A DNA stretch of 63,955 nucleotides, filler included, from Octopus bimaculoides (taxonomy: Eukaryota), in assembly GCF_001194135.2 (NCBI RefSeq). It is 11 parts of 9 records of this genome, joined end to end, with 100 filler letters (N's around TTAATTAATTAA, not from the genome) between each part and the next. Parts side by side here need not be neighbours in the genome. Positions count along the whole stretch, not along the records: positions 20,955 to 24,408 come from NC_069003.1; positions 24,509 to 36,127 come from NC_069003.1; 9 more parts are not named here. One strand, written 5' to 3'. The notes under the pieces were generated by a model. It saw only the letters and a list, made by a program, of their open reading frames with translations. It searched no databases and was not told the origin of the DNA. Of the stretch, positions 24,401 to 35,981 are shown piece by piece. Position 1 is the stretch's first letter; every line of letters begins with the position of its first letter. The position numbers were made by a program, and so were the translations under genes.

Positions 24401-24980
24401 AACTACGCNNNNNNNNNNNNNNNNNNNNNNNNNNNNNNNNNNNNNNNNNNNNTTAATTAATTAANNNNNNNNNNNNNNNNNNNNNNNNNNNNNNNNNNNN
24501 NNNNNNNNGGGTGGTTAGCTGTAAAAAGTGAAGGTTATCAGTAAAACAGTATTTATCGCTCTTTGAAACGTTTTTAAATACACATTTAATGTAATCTATC
24601 TTTTGACATGCTGGCTACTGCTTAGAGCATATATACACAGCCATGTACTATACATACATACATACATATATACACACGCACAAGAACACACACGTATATA
24701 GTAATAATAAACACAGAAACAATTGGTATTTTAGGATTTATAAAACCGACACTTGTTTCGTTAAAACGACTACCATTATTCGGCAAGGCATGTAGCCAGA
24801 TGTATTATGATCGATTCTGAGAACAAACCTTTCGTTACACACGTACACCCACACACACACACACTATATGTATATGTATATGTATATACATATACATATG
24901 TAAAAAATCAAAAACCAAGGCAGAACGAGTATCTCAAGTCATTTAGAATAATTTAATTAATAGGGTAAGGTGAATTTGAA

Positions 24981-25045
24981 GTCTTACAGCCGTTTCAGGG
25001 ATAACCCAAGTGGCAGGTTAGCATGGATATACCGTCATCAGAGAC
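24981..25045 (-). ncRNA. Hammerhead ribozyme motif (left arm)
   Basis: Minus strand: GTCT-CTGATGA-c-GG..long stem II..CC-t-GAAA-CGGCTG-TA-AGAC; stem I GTCT/AGAC; GUA cleavage triplet. Confidence 0.62.
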
Positions 25046-25437
25046 AAGGTATGAATATTTTAGACAGAGAAAACTTACAATTTACAAGGAATAAAATTCA
25101 CAGTTTATAAGGAATAAAATAGAAGAATGAAGGAGTAAACAGAAGGTAATTATTAAAGGCAGTTAGAAGAATATAGGGAGGAGAGTAATGTTCACAACTC
25201 ATCTTCTTCCAGAGGATACGGATGTCGGTCGGTACTTCCATGAAAGTACAGGTCCTTAGTTACAATCGCAGGTAAATCGAGGCGGTATTTTGGCAGTATT
25301 TTGGCGTTATTCTCCTGCCTAAATTCTTCTAATTACCTTTACTCTTTATACGTCTATTTACTCCTTTATTCCTTATAAACTGTGAATTTTATTCTTTGCA
25401 AACTGTAAATTTTCTCTGTCTAAAATATTCATACCTT

Positions 25438-25502
25438 GTCTCTGATGACGGAATATCCATGCTAACTTGCCACTTGGGTTATCCCAGAAACGGCTGTAAG
25501 AC
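25438..25502 (+). ncRNA. Hammerhead ribozyme motif (right arm)
   Basis: GTCT(25438-41)-CTGATGA(25442-48)-c-stem II-GAAA(25487-90)-CGGCTGTA-AGAC(25499-502); helix III ACGGCTGT is self-complementary with G.U pairs; one extra nt before GAAA. Confidence 0.62.
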
Positions 25503-25648
25503 TTCAAATCCACCTTACCCTATTAATTAAATTATTCTAAATGACTTGAGATACTCGTTCTGCCTTGGTTTTTGACTTTTTCCAGAAGCAGTCACGAGAG
25601 CGACACATACAAAATTTAGCCGTCGTTGCGGCTTCTCTTAAACTTATA

Positions 25649-25706
<58 letters not shown>

Positions 25707-26586
25707 NNNNNNNNNNNNNNNNNNNNNNNNNNNNNNNNNNNNNNNNNNNNNNNNNNNNNNNNNNNNNNNNNNNNNNNNNNNNNNNNNNNNNNNNNNNNNN
25801 NNNNNNNNNNNNNNNNNNNNNNNNNNNNNNNNNNNNNNNNNNNNNNNNNNNNNNNNNNNNNNNNNNNNNNNNNNNNNNNNNNNNNNNNNNNNNNNNNNNN
25901 NNNNNNNNNNNNNNNNNNNNNNNNNNNNNNNNNNNNNNNNNNNNNNNNNNNNNNNNNNNNNNNNNNNNNNNNNNNNNNNNNNNNNNNNNNNNNNNNNNNN
26001 NNNNNNNNNNNNNNNNNNNNNNNNNNNNNNNNNNNNNNNNNNNNNNNNNNNNNNNNNNNNNNNNNNNNNNNNNNNNNNNNNNNNNNNNNNNNNNNNNNNN
26101 NNNNNNNNNNNNNNNNNNNNNNNNNNNNNNNNNNNNNNNNNNNNNNNNNNNNNNNNNNNNNNNNNNNNNNNNNNNNNNNNNNNNNNNNNNNNNNNNNNNN
26201 NNNNNNNNNNNNNNNNNNNNNNNNNNNNNNNNNNNNNNNNNNNNNNNNNNNNNNNNNNNNNNNNNNNNNNNNNNNNNNNNNNNNNNNNNNNNNNNNNNNN
26301 NNNNNNNNNNNNNNNNNNNNNNNNNNNNNNNNNNNNNNNNNNNNNNNNNNNNNNNNNTTCTTTCAAAGATAACATTTCGCTTGTTTATAACGGAAGAAAG
26401 GAATTTCGAAACCTTCCATCGTTTTAGAATTTTGAAATTTGATGAGTCTTGGAGACTTAATAGATTTAGATTTAGAGAATAAATTAATATTCTACTTATA
26501 GTTTCCAGTTTCACACACACATATTACATACATGCATATTTGCATGCATATATACGTACATACGTACGTACATAAATACATACATA

Positions 26587-26707
26587 CGAGAGGTGTATGA
26601 AAAGTCTTGAGCCTTCAGGGCATTTGAGCCTTGAAGTCTTGTACCTTCATCAGAAGTCTTGTACCATGTTTTGTCTTTTTGAAGCTCAAGATTTTCCATA
26701 CACCCTT
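26587..26707. mobile_element. Mariner-derived MITE, ~120 bp
   Basis: Imperfect TIRs ggtgtatgaaaagtcttgagccttca / tgaagctcaagattttccatacacc; TA at 26585-86 and 26708-09. Confidence 0.7.
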
Positions 26708-26840
26708 TAGACAGGGAAAACTTACAGTTTACGAGGAATAAAATTCACAGTTTGTAAGGAATAAAATAGAAAAGATAAAGGAATAAATAGAAGGTATTTA
26801 GTAAAGGCAGTTAGAATATAGGGAGGAGAATAATGTTCAC
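26706..26840 (-). repeat. Third partial copy of the foldback-arm sequence
   Basis: Matches 25058-25196 (tttagacag.gaaaacttaca.tttac.aggaataaaattcacagttt.taaggaataaaatag..ggaggaga.taatgttcac). Confidence 0.85.
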
Positions 26841-27364
26841 ACACACACACACATACATACATACATGCATGCATACATAGATACATACATACGTGGACAC
26901 ATACTTACGCACATATTTATCCACGCATATATCAACGCGTACATATATAATTATATCTACATATATCTACATATATCCTACTCACACATACAGACATACA
27001 GACAAACACATATTTATGTCTATGCGTTTGTGTGTACGTATGTGCATATGTACGCGTGCGCGCACAGACACTCACCCCACCCCCACCCTACACACACACA
27101 CACACCTTATCTTCTGAGTCGATGAACAATGTAATCTTAAGTGAAACAGAATAAAGATATGATGTTTCCTAGGTTCTGTGGGAATTTTTTTTCCCGACTG
27201 GTGGATCACCACATCACCACGTGATCATCCCACCTGTCCAATCTAATTACCGATATTGTTTTGTCTTCAAATATCTTCTCCCTCTCTCTCTCTCTCTTTG
27301 TCCTTACTCCCTCCCTTCCCCCTCTCTCCCTAGGAACTGCCTGTAAAGTGATTCTTACGGTCGA

Positions 27365-27510
27365 TTCTGAGTTCAAATTCCGCCGAGGTCGACTTTGCCT
27401 TTCATCCTTTCGAGGTCGATAAATCAAGTACCAATTGAGTGCTGGGGGTCGATGTAATCGACTATACCTTTCCCCCAAATTTCTACCTATAGTAGAAACT
27501 ATTATTATTA
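27365..27510 (+). mobile_element. SINE family 3 (3' part, with (ATT)n tail)
   Basis: ttctgagttcaaattccgccgaggtcgactttgcctttcatcc matches the reverse complement of 21451-21659 and 41783-41991. Confidence 0.85.
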
Positions 27511-27654
27511 TTATTTTATGTTTGACTTTTGTTTTGCATTTGTACAAGTTGGATCCAAGTCTCACCCAGAGACCTCAAGAGACAACAAGTTAGAAGTTCA
27601 TGTAGGTGTTATGCCTAGGGTACCATATATTTGGATTTGTACAGTTTTGTTCAA

Positions 27655-27723
<69 letters not shown>

Positions 27724-29305
27724 TTGACACCAGAATATAAAGGAAACATTGCAAATAAGAAGTTAACTGAATCAGCAAAAAATTTCTCGAGATTTAAATA
27801 CAGCAGAAGTTAACTTCAATATTGTATCTATAAGCTAGTCACCATTTCCGGATGTCTAAAGCCAGCTTCCTTCCTAATCTATTATAACTTGACTGAATTC
27901 CATTAAATGGAATACGGAAATTGGGTTTTATAACGTTTTATTGTTACTTAACGTATTATTAACGGTCTACTGGAGCAGGAACCCACTAGTGAAGCTCTAC
28001 GTGATCGCTCTACGCGCTAGAAATAGTAACAATGTTCTACTCTCATTCCCTACCGTCTTGAAAGTAAGGAAGACTATGTCGGATCTGACTCACACTTAAC
28101 AACCGACAAACGACCGAAGTAGAGAAGAAGAAATCTTTCGTTTGCGAAATCACATCTCGTCATCTTAAGGACGTATTTGATAAAAGAGTTGTATACAGCA
28201 AGGTTCAATGAAATATAAGAGAATAGTCGATCAGTCGGTGGTTCATATTCTGTTGGCTTAGAAAAAGGCATAATCGATAATATGGTCCTAGGTTCCTGAT
28301 GCACGAGAAAAAAATAGGATGGTCACGGCTGGAATGCATTTGATCAAAAGGCTTGCATAATCAAGGCTGATCTGGAGTTTAGACGATTGAGACAACAATA
28401 ACAAAGACAACGACGGCGACAGAATCAACAACAACGTTGAGAACGACAGCAAGAAGAAGAAGAAGAAGAAGAAGAACAACAACAACAACTACAAGAAGGA
28501 GAAACAGAGAAAGGAGGAGAAGGAAGAGAAGAGGAAAAGAGGTGCAACAATAACAATAGCAACAACAATCTGGAAGCAGAAAAGTGATTGTGTGGAAAGC
28601 AAAGAGAAGATTCTTTTTGGTTTCCACTGTTGTAATATCTTCTCTGAAAGGACGTCAATCTAGCCAGCTGTTTTAACGAGCTAATTAACTCGATTCCCCC
28701 CACCTCCCTCCCACTTCTCTCTCCCTTTCTTTCTCTCTTTCTTTTTGTTCTTTTCTTTCTTCAAACAAAACCTTTTTCGTCTTCATAACGTGGAACATTC
28801 AGAATAGGCCAGACGTTTGTTTACCATTCTAACATTCTGCACAACACACACACACGCACACACACACACACACGCACACACACATACGTACACAGATGAA
28901 CACAGATGAACACACACATAGATGCACATATACACACACAATAGATATACACATGAACTCACACACGTAGACACACACCCATAGACACGAGCGCACATAG
29001 TGAAATTAGTAATTCATACGCACACACACACACATACACACACACACACACACACACGAACATTAGACCAGTAAAGAAGACCGCCATGATGATAATGATG
29101 GACTCTTTCCTGGAGAGTGAGCATTGCACCTGGCGGAGTTTGTGTTGTGTTAACGATGTGTTGAATGCATCTGGTGAAACGTGTTTCACACAAGTTCACA
29201 CGGAGGCCACGGATGGATAAATAATAAAGTAATAAAACTTTCCACTCGAGGCCATCAACTCTGTTCTATAATCTAACCGATAGTTATAAAGGTGACATTC
29301 TTCCT

Positions 29306-29345
<40 letters not shown>

Positions 29346-29346
<1 letters not shown>

Positions 29347-29565
29347 AGTGGTTGCGTGGTAAGTAGGTTGCTTACCAGCCACATGGTTTTGGATTCAGTC
29401 CGACTGCGTGGCATCTCGGGCAAGTATCTTTTGCTATAGCCTCGGGTCGATCAAAGCCTTGTAAGTGGATTTGGTAGACGGAAACTGAAAGAATCCCCTC
29501 GTGTATGTATATATTGAATGTGTGTGTGCCTTTGTGTCTGCGCTTGACAACCGGTGTTGGTGTGT
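29346..29565 (+). mobile_element. SINE family 2 (5' half)
   Basis: gtggttgcgtggtaagtag..ggatttggtagacggaaactgaaagaa..gcttgacaaccggtgttggtgtg. Confidence 0.85.
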
Positions 29566-30311
29566 GAAAGACTTTTGAAATATGAAAGACTTTTGAAATA
29601 TGAAAGACTTTTCTCAAGTTTAAAATGTGGCATTGCTTTTGTTGTTTACATTCGAACGAGGGAGCTTTGTGTCTTTGTTAGAAACCAGTTCTTTCTTGAG
29701 AGAAAGAATTTAAATGATTAAAAACAGAAGACACACACACACACATGTATACACGTAGGAGTGTGTCTATGTGTGTATGTGTACGCATACACAGTAGAGC
29801 CTGTAATATATAACTAATATGTGTCTGTTTGTGTGTGTTTGCAGGAAGATGGATGTGTTTTTGAGTGTGTATCATTTAGGTTATTAGTTCGTTGAACGTA
29901 CGGTGTGTCAGGCCAAGCTGTAGCACCGCCCCTACAGTAATGGCTGTTCTATTTTTCGTGCGCTCTTTGATATATACCCAGGGACCCAACACTGCTGATG
30001 TTTTCAAGTTTCATATCACTAATTGTGAGATCAGTGAGATGATGTGAGCCGTTTTACCTTCGTTAGAAACGATTTCCAGATGGTTGATCTATAACATTAG
30101 AAGGATGTGCATCTCGGCAGCCTTTCAACGTCTCAAAGGGATGTTCTTAGTTGGCAACGCAACTGTTGCAAGTTTCACTGCCGACGTGAGGGTGTGAATG
30201 GGAACCCCACAGATTTCGTGCAAACGCCCCCTTCTTGTTGTTCGTTTTGTCATTACTACGACAAACTTTGGAACAAGACACTACGGCATGATTTCTATCT
30301 ATCTATATCTA

Positions 30312-30381
<70 letters not shown>

Positions 30382-30481
30382 TATCTATCTATCTATCTAT
30401 CTATCTGACTGTTTGTCTGTCTGTCTATGTATGTATGTATGTATGTATCTGTCTGTTTGTCTCTCAACAAATATGTGTGTG

Positions 30482-30530
<49 letters not shown>

Positions 30531-32702
30531 CTGTTTGTGTGTGTGAAATGGATATATATCTACCAATGTAATCATGAACCAGCCCGCGAATCGTCTTCCT
30601 GATTTCGAAACCAAAACCTTCATCACATCATCCTCTGCTGTCTTCAGTTGTATTTATATGAGAGACGGAAATGAATAGGTTTTCCGTCAGACTCGACGAC
30701 GAATATTCCAGTTGTCCAATCAATGAATTATTACGTAAGCGTGATGCGACTATGCTTACATTAATGATTTTAAAAATATTTCAGCAATATTTCGAAAGAA
30801 TTAATTGAAAATTGTGTATAACTGGTACTTATTTTTATCGATCGGGGAAGGGTTAACCATAGAATGTAAAGGGATAACTGAATTCCACAGTTACCTCTCC
30901 GCCCTCCTCTAATAATTATTTCAATCTTTTATTTTGTTTGCCGTCTACCAGTGTGTAACTGGTACTCAATCAACCATCACACACGACGTTGACGTTAGCA
31001 AGATTTGAACTCAGAACGTGTGTATTTCTGCATTTAGCCTTGTATATTACTATTCCCACCACCAGCACCTTTATTGCTGTTCTAAATTTCTACTCGGTTT
31101 TAGCGGTTTAAGTATTTTTAATTAAAACAAAAAGATTAAACGCGTATCTAGGTTTGGATGAAAATTATGGAATAATTGAATTAACGAGCGGGCTTTTGAT
31201 TAAATCGCTGCTTTAGTTCGGTGATTTTGTTAATGCACTCGGACAAAGGGTGAAGGGCATCAATTATTAGATTTGTTTCTTTGCTCTTGTAACGAAACAT
31301 TCGTGTTTAATTAAGAAATGTCTTAATCAAATACTTTCTTTCTGAGAATATATTACAGTGTTGCAATGAAATTGGTTGGCGTTACATGTTCAGCCGTTGT
31401 TAATGCTTCCAGAAGATCATGTTTCAGCGAAATCCATTCAGACGTGAGACTTTTCGCCAACATAATTCTTTTTCTTATAATGTTAATGTCTTATACGTTA
31501 CTCAATGGAGCAAGGTACTACTCATTACCTTTAAAGGTCCTCCTAGATCGGTGAGAATGATAAGGCAAATTCTTTGCCTTCATATCTGTCGGAAAATCAC
31601 TGAAAGAAATATTTTGTGACTGGTATTGGTTGTTGTTGTTGTTGTTGTTGTGATGATGATAGTGGTGTGGTGTTGAGGGTGACGGGAGTTGTGTTGATAA
31701 TGTGGGAAGGGGGTGATGGAGATGGTGGCGATGGTGACGATGGGGCTGTTTAGCACCAAATCAGAACCATGATAAAAAGCGTTCCAACCGTGACATACCT
31801 GCATATTTTTGGTCCATGTGTCCTTCATTTCTTAAAAACATTGTCATGGAAGACTAGTTGCTATTTCTAGCAGGTTGAGCAATGGTATAAAGGGTCGCTT
31901 CCCTGGCGGCGACGCTTCACCCTTTTTCCAACATAAAATCGCTCGATCACAGAGTTTCTCACAAAACACTCAGATGCAAAATACAATAATTTAATATAAG
32001 CTGGTTACCTAAAACTTAATAAACGAAAGATTAACTAATATTTCAGAAAGAGACATCTTTATGGGGGCCATTCTTGCTCCCTGCCTAAGTTCAAGGATGC
32101 CCTGACGTGGGTCCTTTTGTCTTTAGCGTGGAACTTATTCATTGCCCACTCGATTTTTGCTGTTCTCGTACCGATGTACTGGATGAACCCTTTCCCTTAC
32201 AGGTCCTACCTGCTATACCCTGGTGTCCTATCTAGGAAACACACCAGCTGTCAATATCAACCATTCAAATGACAGCAAATCCCGAGTCTAAAGAAAACTG
32301 TGTGACTTACGGAAAACCTTTGTAATACAATTCTAATGAGTTACCATGTAGTTTGTACAATTGCCAAATATTGACCCAGAAATTCTAAAAGATTTCATTC
32401 ATCCACTTTGAAATGATTGTTTGCTAACATTTCAATAAATACACACACCACCCCGTACGCCACCCCAGCGCTTATTATCATTAAAGTGTCTGTTTTGAAA
32501 GGGAGGCGGGGGTGAGGATGTTGCCAGTGGGACAGCAAGAAACAAGTTACAGAAACACAACACAAAACAAATAGAATATATATGTAGGAGGTTGTGTATA
32601 TAAGGTTATATACGTATGTGTGCATGTGTGTATGTATGCGTGTATATATGTATGTATATAGGTGTATATATGAATGAATGTTTGTATGACGATATATTTC
32701 TT

Positions 32703-32743
<41 letters not shown>

Positions 32744-32753
32744 NNNNNNNNNN

Positions 32754-32800
<47 letters not shown>

Positions 32801-34188
32801 GTGTAAACAAGCGGACTGAAAGTATATAATTTCAATACATACACATTGAAATATATATATATATATATATATATAATATTTGTGTGTGTGTGAGTGTGCG
32901 TATGTGTATGTGTGTGTACGTGTACACGCACTCACATACATATATACACAGAGAAACATACAGATAGATATTAAAGTGTATATACGCGCCCCACTGTAAG
33001 TTGAATGGATCAGCCTTCAGCTGTCACGTTTTGGCCATTACGCTGTGTCAAAGGTGAAAGTGTGACGGGTGGTGGAGGTTGGGTGTGTGACTCGTTCCGA
33101 CGCGATGGGGTCCAAGCGAAATACCAGCTCGCGGTGTGCGGACACCGCGTCATACACGAATGCATGGGAAGCTGGTATTCATGTGCTTATGTGTGTAACA
33201 CTGTTTGCTGGCTGTATACACACCATGTGTGTGTGTGTGTGTCTGTGTGTGTGTGTGAGTGAGTGTGAGAGGTANNNNNNNNNNNNNNNNNNNNNNNNNN
33301 NNNNNNNNNNNNNNNNNNNNNNNNNNNNNNNNNNNNNNNNNNNNNNNNNNNNNNNNNNNNNNNNNNNNNNNNNNNNNNNNNNNNNNNNNNNNNNNNNNNN
33401 NNNNNNNNNNNNNNNNNNNNNNNNNNNNNNNNNNNNNNNNNNNNNNNNNNNNNNNNNNNNNNNNNNNNNNNNNNNNNNNNNNNNNNNNNNNNNNNNNNNN
33501 NNNNNNNNNNNNNNNNNNNNNNNNNNNNNNNNNNNNNNNNNNNNNNNNNNNNNNNNNNNNNNNNNNNNNNNNNNNNNNNNNNNNNNNNNNNNNNNNNNNN
33601 NNNNNNNNNNNNNNNNNNNNNNNNNNNNNNNNNNNNNNNNNNNNNNNNNNNNNNNNNNNNNNNNNNNNNNNNNNNNNNNNNNNNNNNNNNNNNNNNNNNN
33701 NNNNNNNNNNNNNNNNNNNNNNNNNNNNNNNNNNNNNNNNNNNNNNNNNNNNNNNNNNNNNNNNNNNNNNNNNNNNNNNNNNNNNNNNNNNNNNNNNNNN
33801 NNNNNNNNNNNNNNNNNNNNNNNNNNNNNNNNNNNNNNNNNNNNNNNNNNNNNNNNNNNNNNNNNNNNNNNNNNNNNNNNNNNNNNNNNNNNNNNNNNNN
33901 NNNNNNNNNNNNNNNNNNNNNNNNNNNNNNNNNNNNNNNNNNNNNNNNNNNNNNNNNNNNNNNNNNNNNNNNNNNNNNNNNNNNNNNNNNNNNNNNNNNN
34001 NNNNNNNNNNNNNNNNNNNNNNNNNNNNNNNNNNNNNNNNNNNNNNNNNNNNNNNNNNNNNNNNNNNNTATATATATATATATATATATATAAGCATATA
34101 TGTATATATATATACAAGAATGAATTTTATAGAAGTTTGTATGTATATAGCGACCGTGAACATATCTGTGTGCTGATACATGTGTGTG

Positions 34189-34248
<60 letters not shown>

Positions 34249-34335
34249 GTGTGTGTATACGTTACGTGTATATCAAGGTGCCCAGAAAGGGCACGAGAGG
34301 TAGAAAGACAGACAGACAGACAGACAGATAGATTG

Positions 34336-34390
<55 letters not shown>

Positions 34391-34499
34391 GTGGTAGTTA
34401 CACGTGCCTATATACATACATATATACATGCATACATACAAACATAAATATATACATACATACACACACACACACATATATACAGTATATGTACATTAT

Positions 34500-34531
<32 letters not shown>

Positions 34532-34666
34532 GTAAATACAGACACATGCATGCATGCATACGTGCGTGCGCCTGTGTCCCTGTCTGCACGAAGCCGTGTT
34601 TAAATGTTGGTCGGGTGCCTTTCTTCTAAACATCCATCTCTCACAGAAACCAAAATATAATGCATT

Positions 34667-35095
34667 CTACTCACTGTGTCGAATCTTCCTGGCGGTGACG
34701 AGCGGAGGACATCGTAAACCCCCATTTCTTGACTTCTGTAAGCGGGACCTATATCTCACTTGGAAGGCTCCGGACCGGGTCCAGGACGACCAGGCACTGA
34801 CGACGCAGTCGAATCGGCCGACACGCCGCCGCGCTTTCAGCCGTGCGCTGCTGTTTCGAGCCAGCGGCCCGGTCAGACCATCAGCAGCATTATTACTATG
34901 TTTTGTCTTTAATGATGACGACGATGATGACAATAATGAAGAGGAAGAGGAGGCAGAAGATGACGACGACGATGTTAATGGCATTAACTGTAGAGACAAA
35001 ACACAGTTAGGGTAGACCACTGTCACAATAAACAAACCCCAACATCCAAGAAGGGGAAGATGCAGACTGGGACCCACTGTGCGTTTGATCCCCAT
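34667..35095 (-). CDS. Putative secreted precursor with reduced thrombospondin type-1 (spondin-like TSR) domain; may splice at 34675
   Basis: ATG in gatATGG context; hydrophobic LLGCWGLFIVTVVY; Ser-rich linker; basic RLKARRR; DCVVSAWSSW..QVRYRSR..RNGGLRCPPL carries the TSR WSxW, RxRxR and NGGxxCPxL motifs; GC/CpG-rich island; donor CACA|GTGAGT at 34675/34674; alternative acceptor ctaac..tttgtctctacag| before 34987. Confidence 0.7.
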   Translation of the reverse strand: MGIKRTVGPSLHLPLLGCWGLFIVTVVYPNCVLSLQLMPLTSSSSSSASSSSSLLSSSSSSLKTKHSNNAADGLTGPLARNSSARLKARRRVGRFDCVVSAWSSWTRSGAFQVRYRSRLQKSRNGGLRCPPLVTARKIRHSE

Positions 35096-35196
35096 ATCGT
35101 CGGTCGATGTTATGTTTCGGATTTTCGGCCTGTTCCAAACATTGACAAACCCGACGAAGATAACAGTGCTCGGTGGGGGGCGCTGTTGATAATAAC

Positions 35197-35231
<35 letters not shown>

Positions 35232-35342
35232 TGATGATGTTGTTTGAGGTGTAGTTGATGAGGTTCCTAAAGCTGTTGTTATCGCTGCTGTAGTTGTTTC
35301 TAGCTGTTGTTGTTGTTGTTGTTGCTGTTGCTGTTGTTGTTG

Positions 35343-35374
<32 letters not shown>

Positions 35375-35558
35375 GGTGGTGGTGGTAGAGGAGGGGTTGC
35401 TGCTGGTGTTGAATGATGCCGTTGTTTAAAGCAGTTGTCGACCAAACAACAGCTACTTTGCCTGCTCCACAGTCATCTGTGAACTGTTGCTTTTTAATAC
35501 ACATATATAATATAATGATGTAAGCAACAACAACAACAACAATAATAAAGACGACGAC

Positions 35559-35596
<38 letters not shown>

Positions 35597-35692
35597 CTAG
35601 TCTAAACACCAAAAGAACTCCCTTGTTTATATCTTCTACAGCTGAGGTGGTTTCCCTCGCTGTATATATTATACAGATACATACATACATAC

Positions 35693-35768
<76 letters not shown>

Positions 35769-35936
35769 TACATACACATATATATATATGTATATATGCA
35801 TGTATATATATATATATATATATATTGATATATATATATGTACACATATATACACATACATACACACATACATACAGGCGTACGTACATATATACATATA
35901 GACATTACATTCATGCATATAAAGACACACACACAA

Positions 35937-35981
<45 letters not shown>

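Larger units (their letters stand above)
24902..25581. mobile_element. ~680-bp foldback element: two ~280-bp inverted PLE-like terminal repeats around a ~120-bp spacer
   Basis: 24902-~25188 is the reverse complement of ~25307-25581; outer ~200 bp have only scattered substitutions, inner part has indels. Confidence 0.9.

Noticed and set aside
26636-26660. CTGATGA on the minus strand inside the MITE
   Set aside because: No stem II or GAAA follows; not a hammerhead.
35007-35690. 227-aa ORF resembling a membrane protein with polyQ
   Set aside because: The hydrophobic and polyQ/H stretches are all trinucleotide repeats; the overlapping TSR-like frame explains the GC-rich part better.
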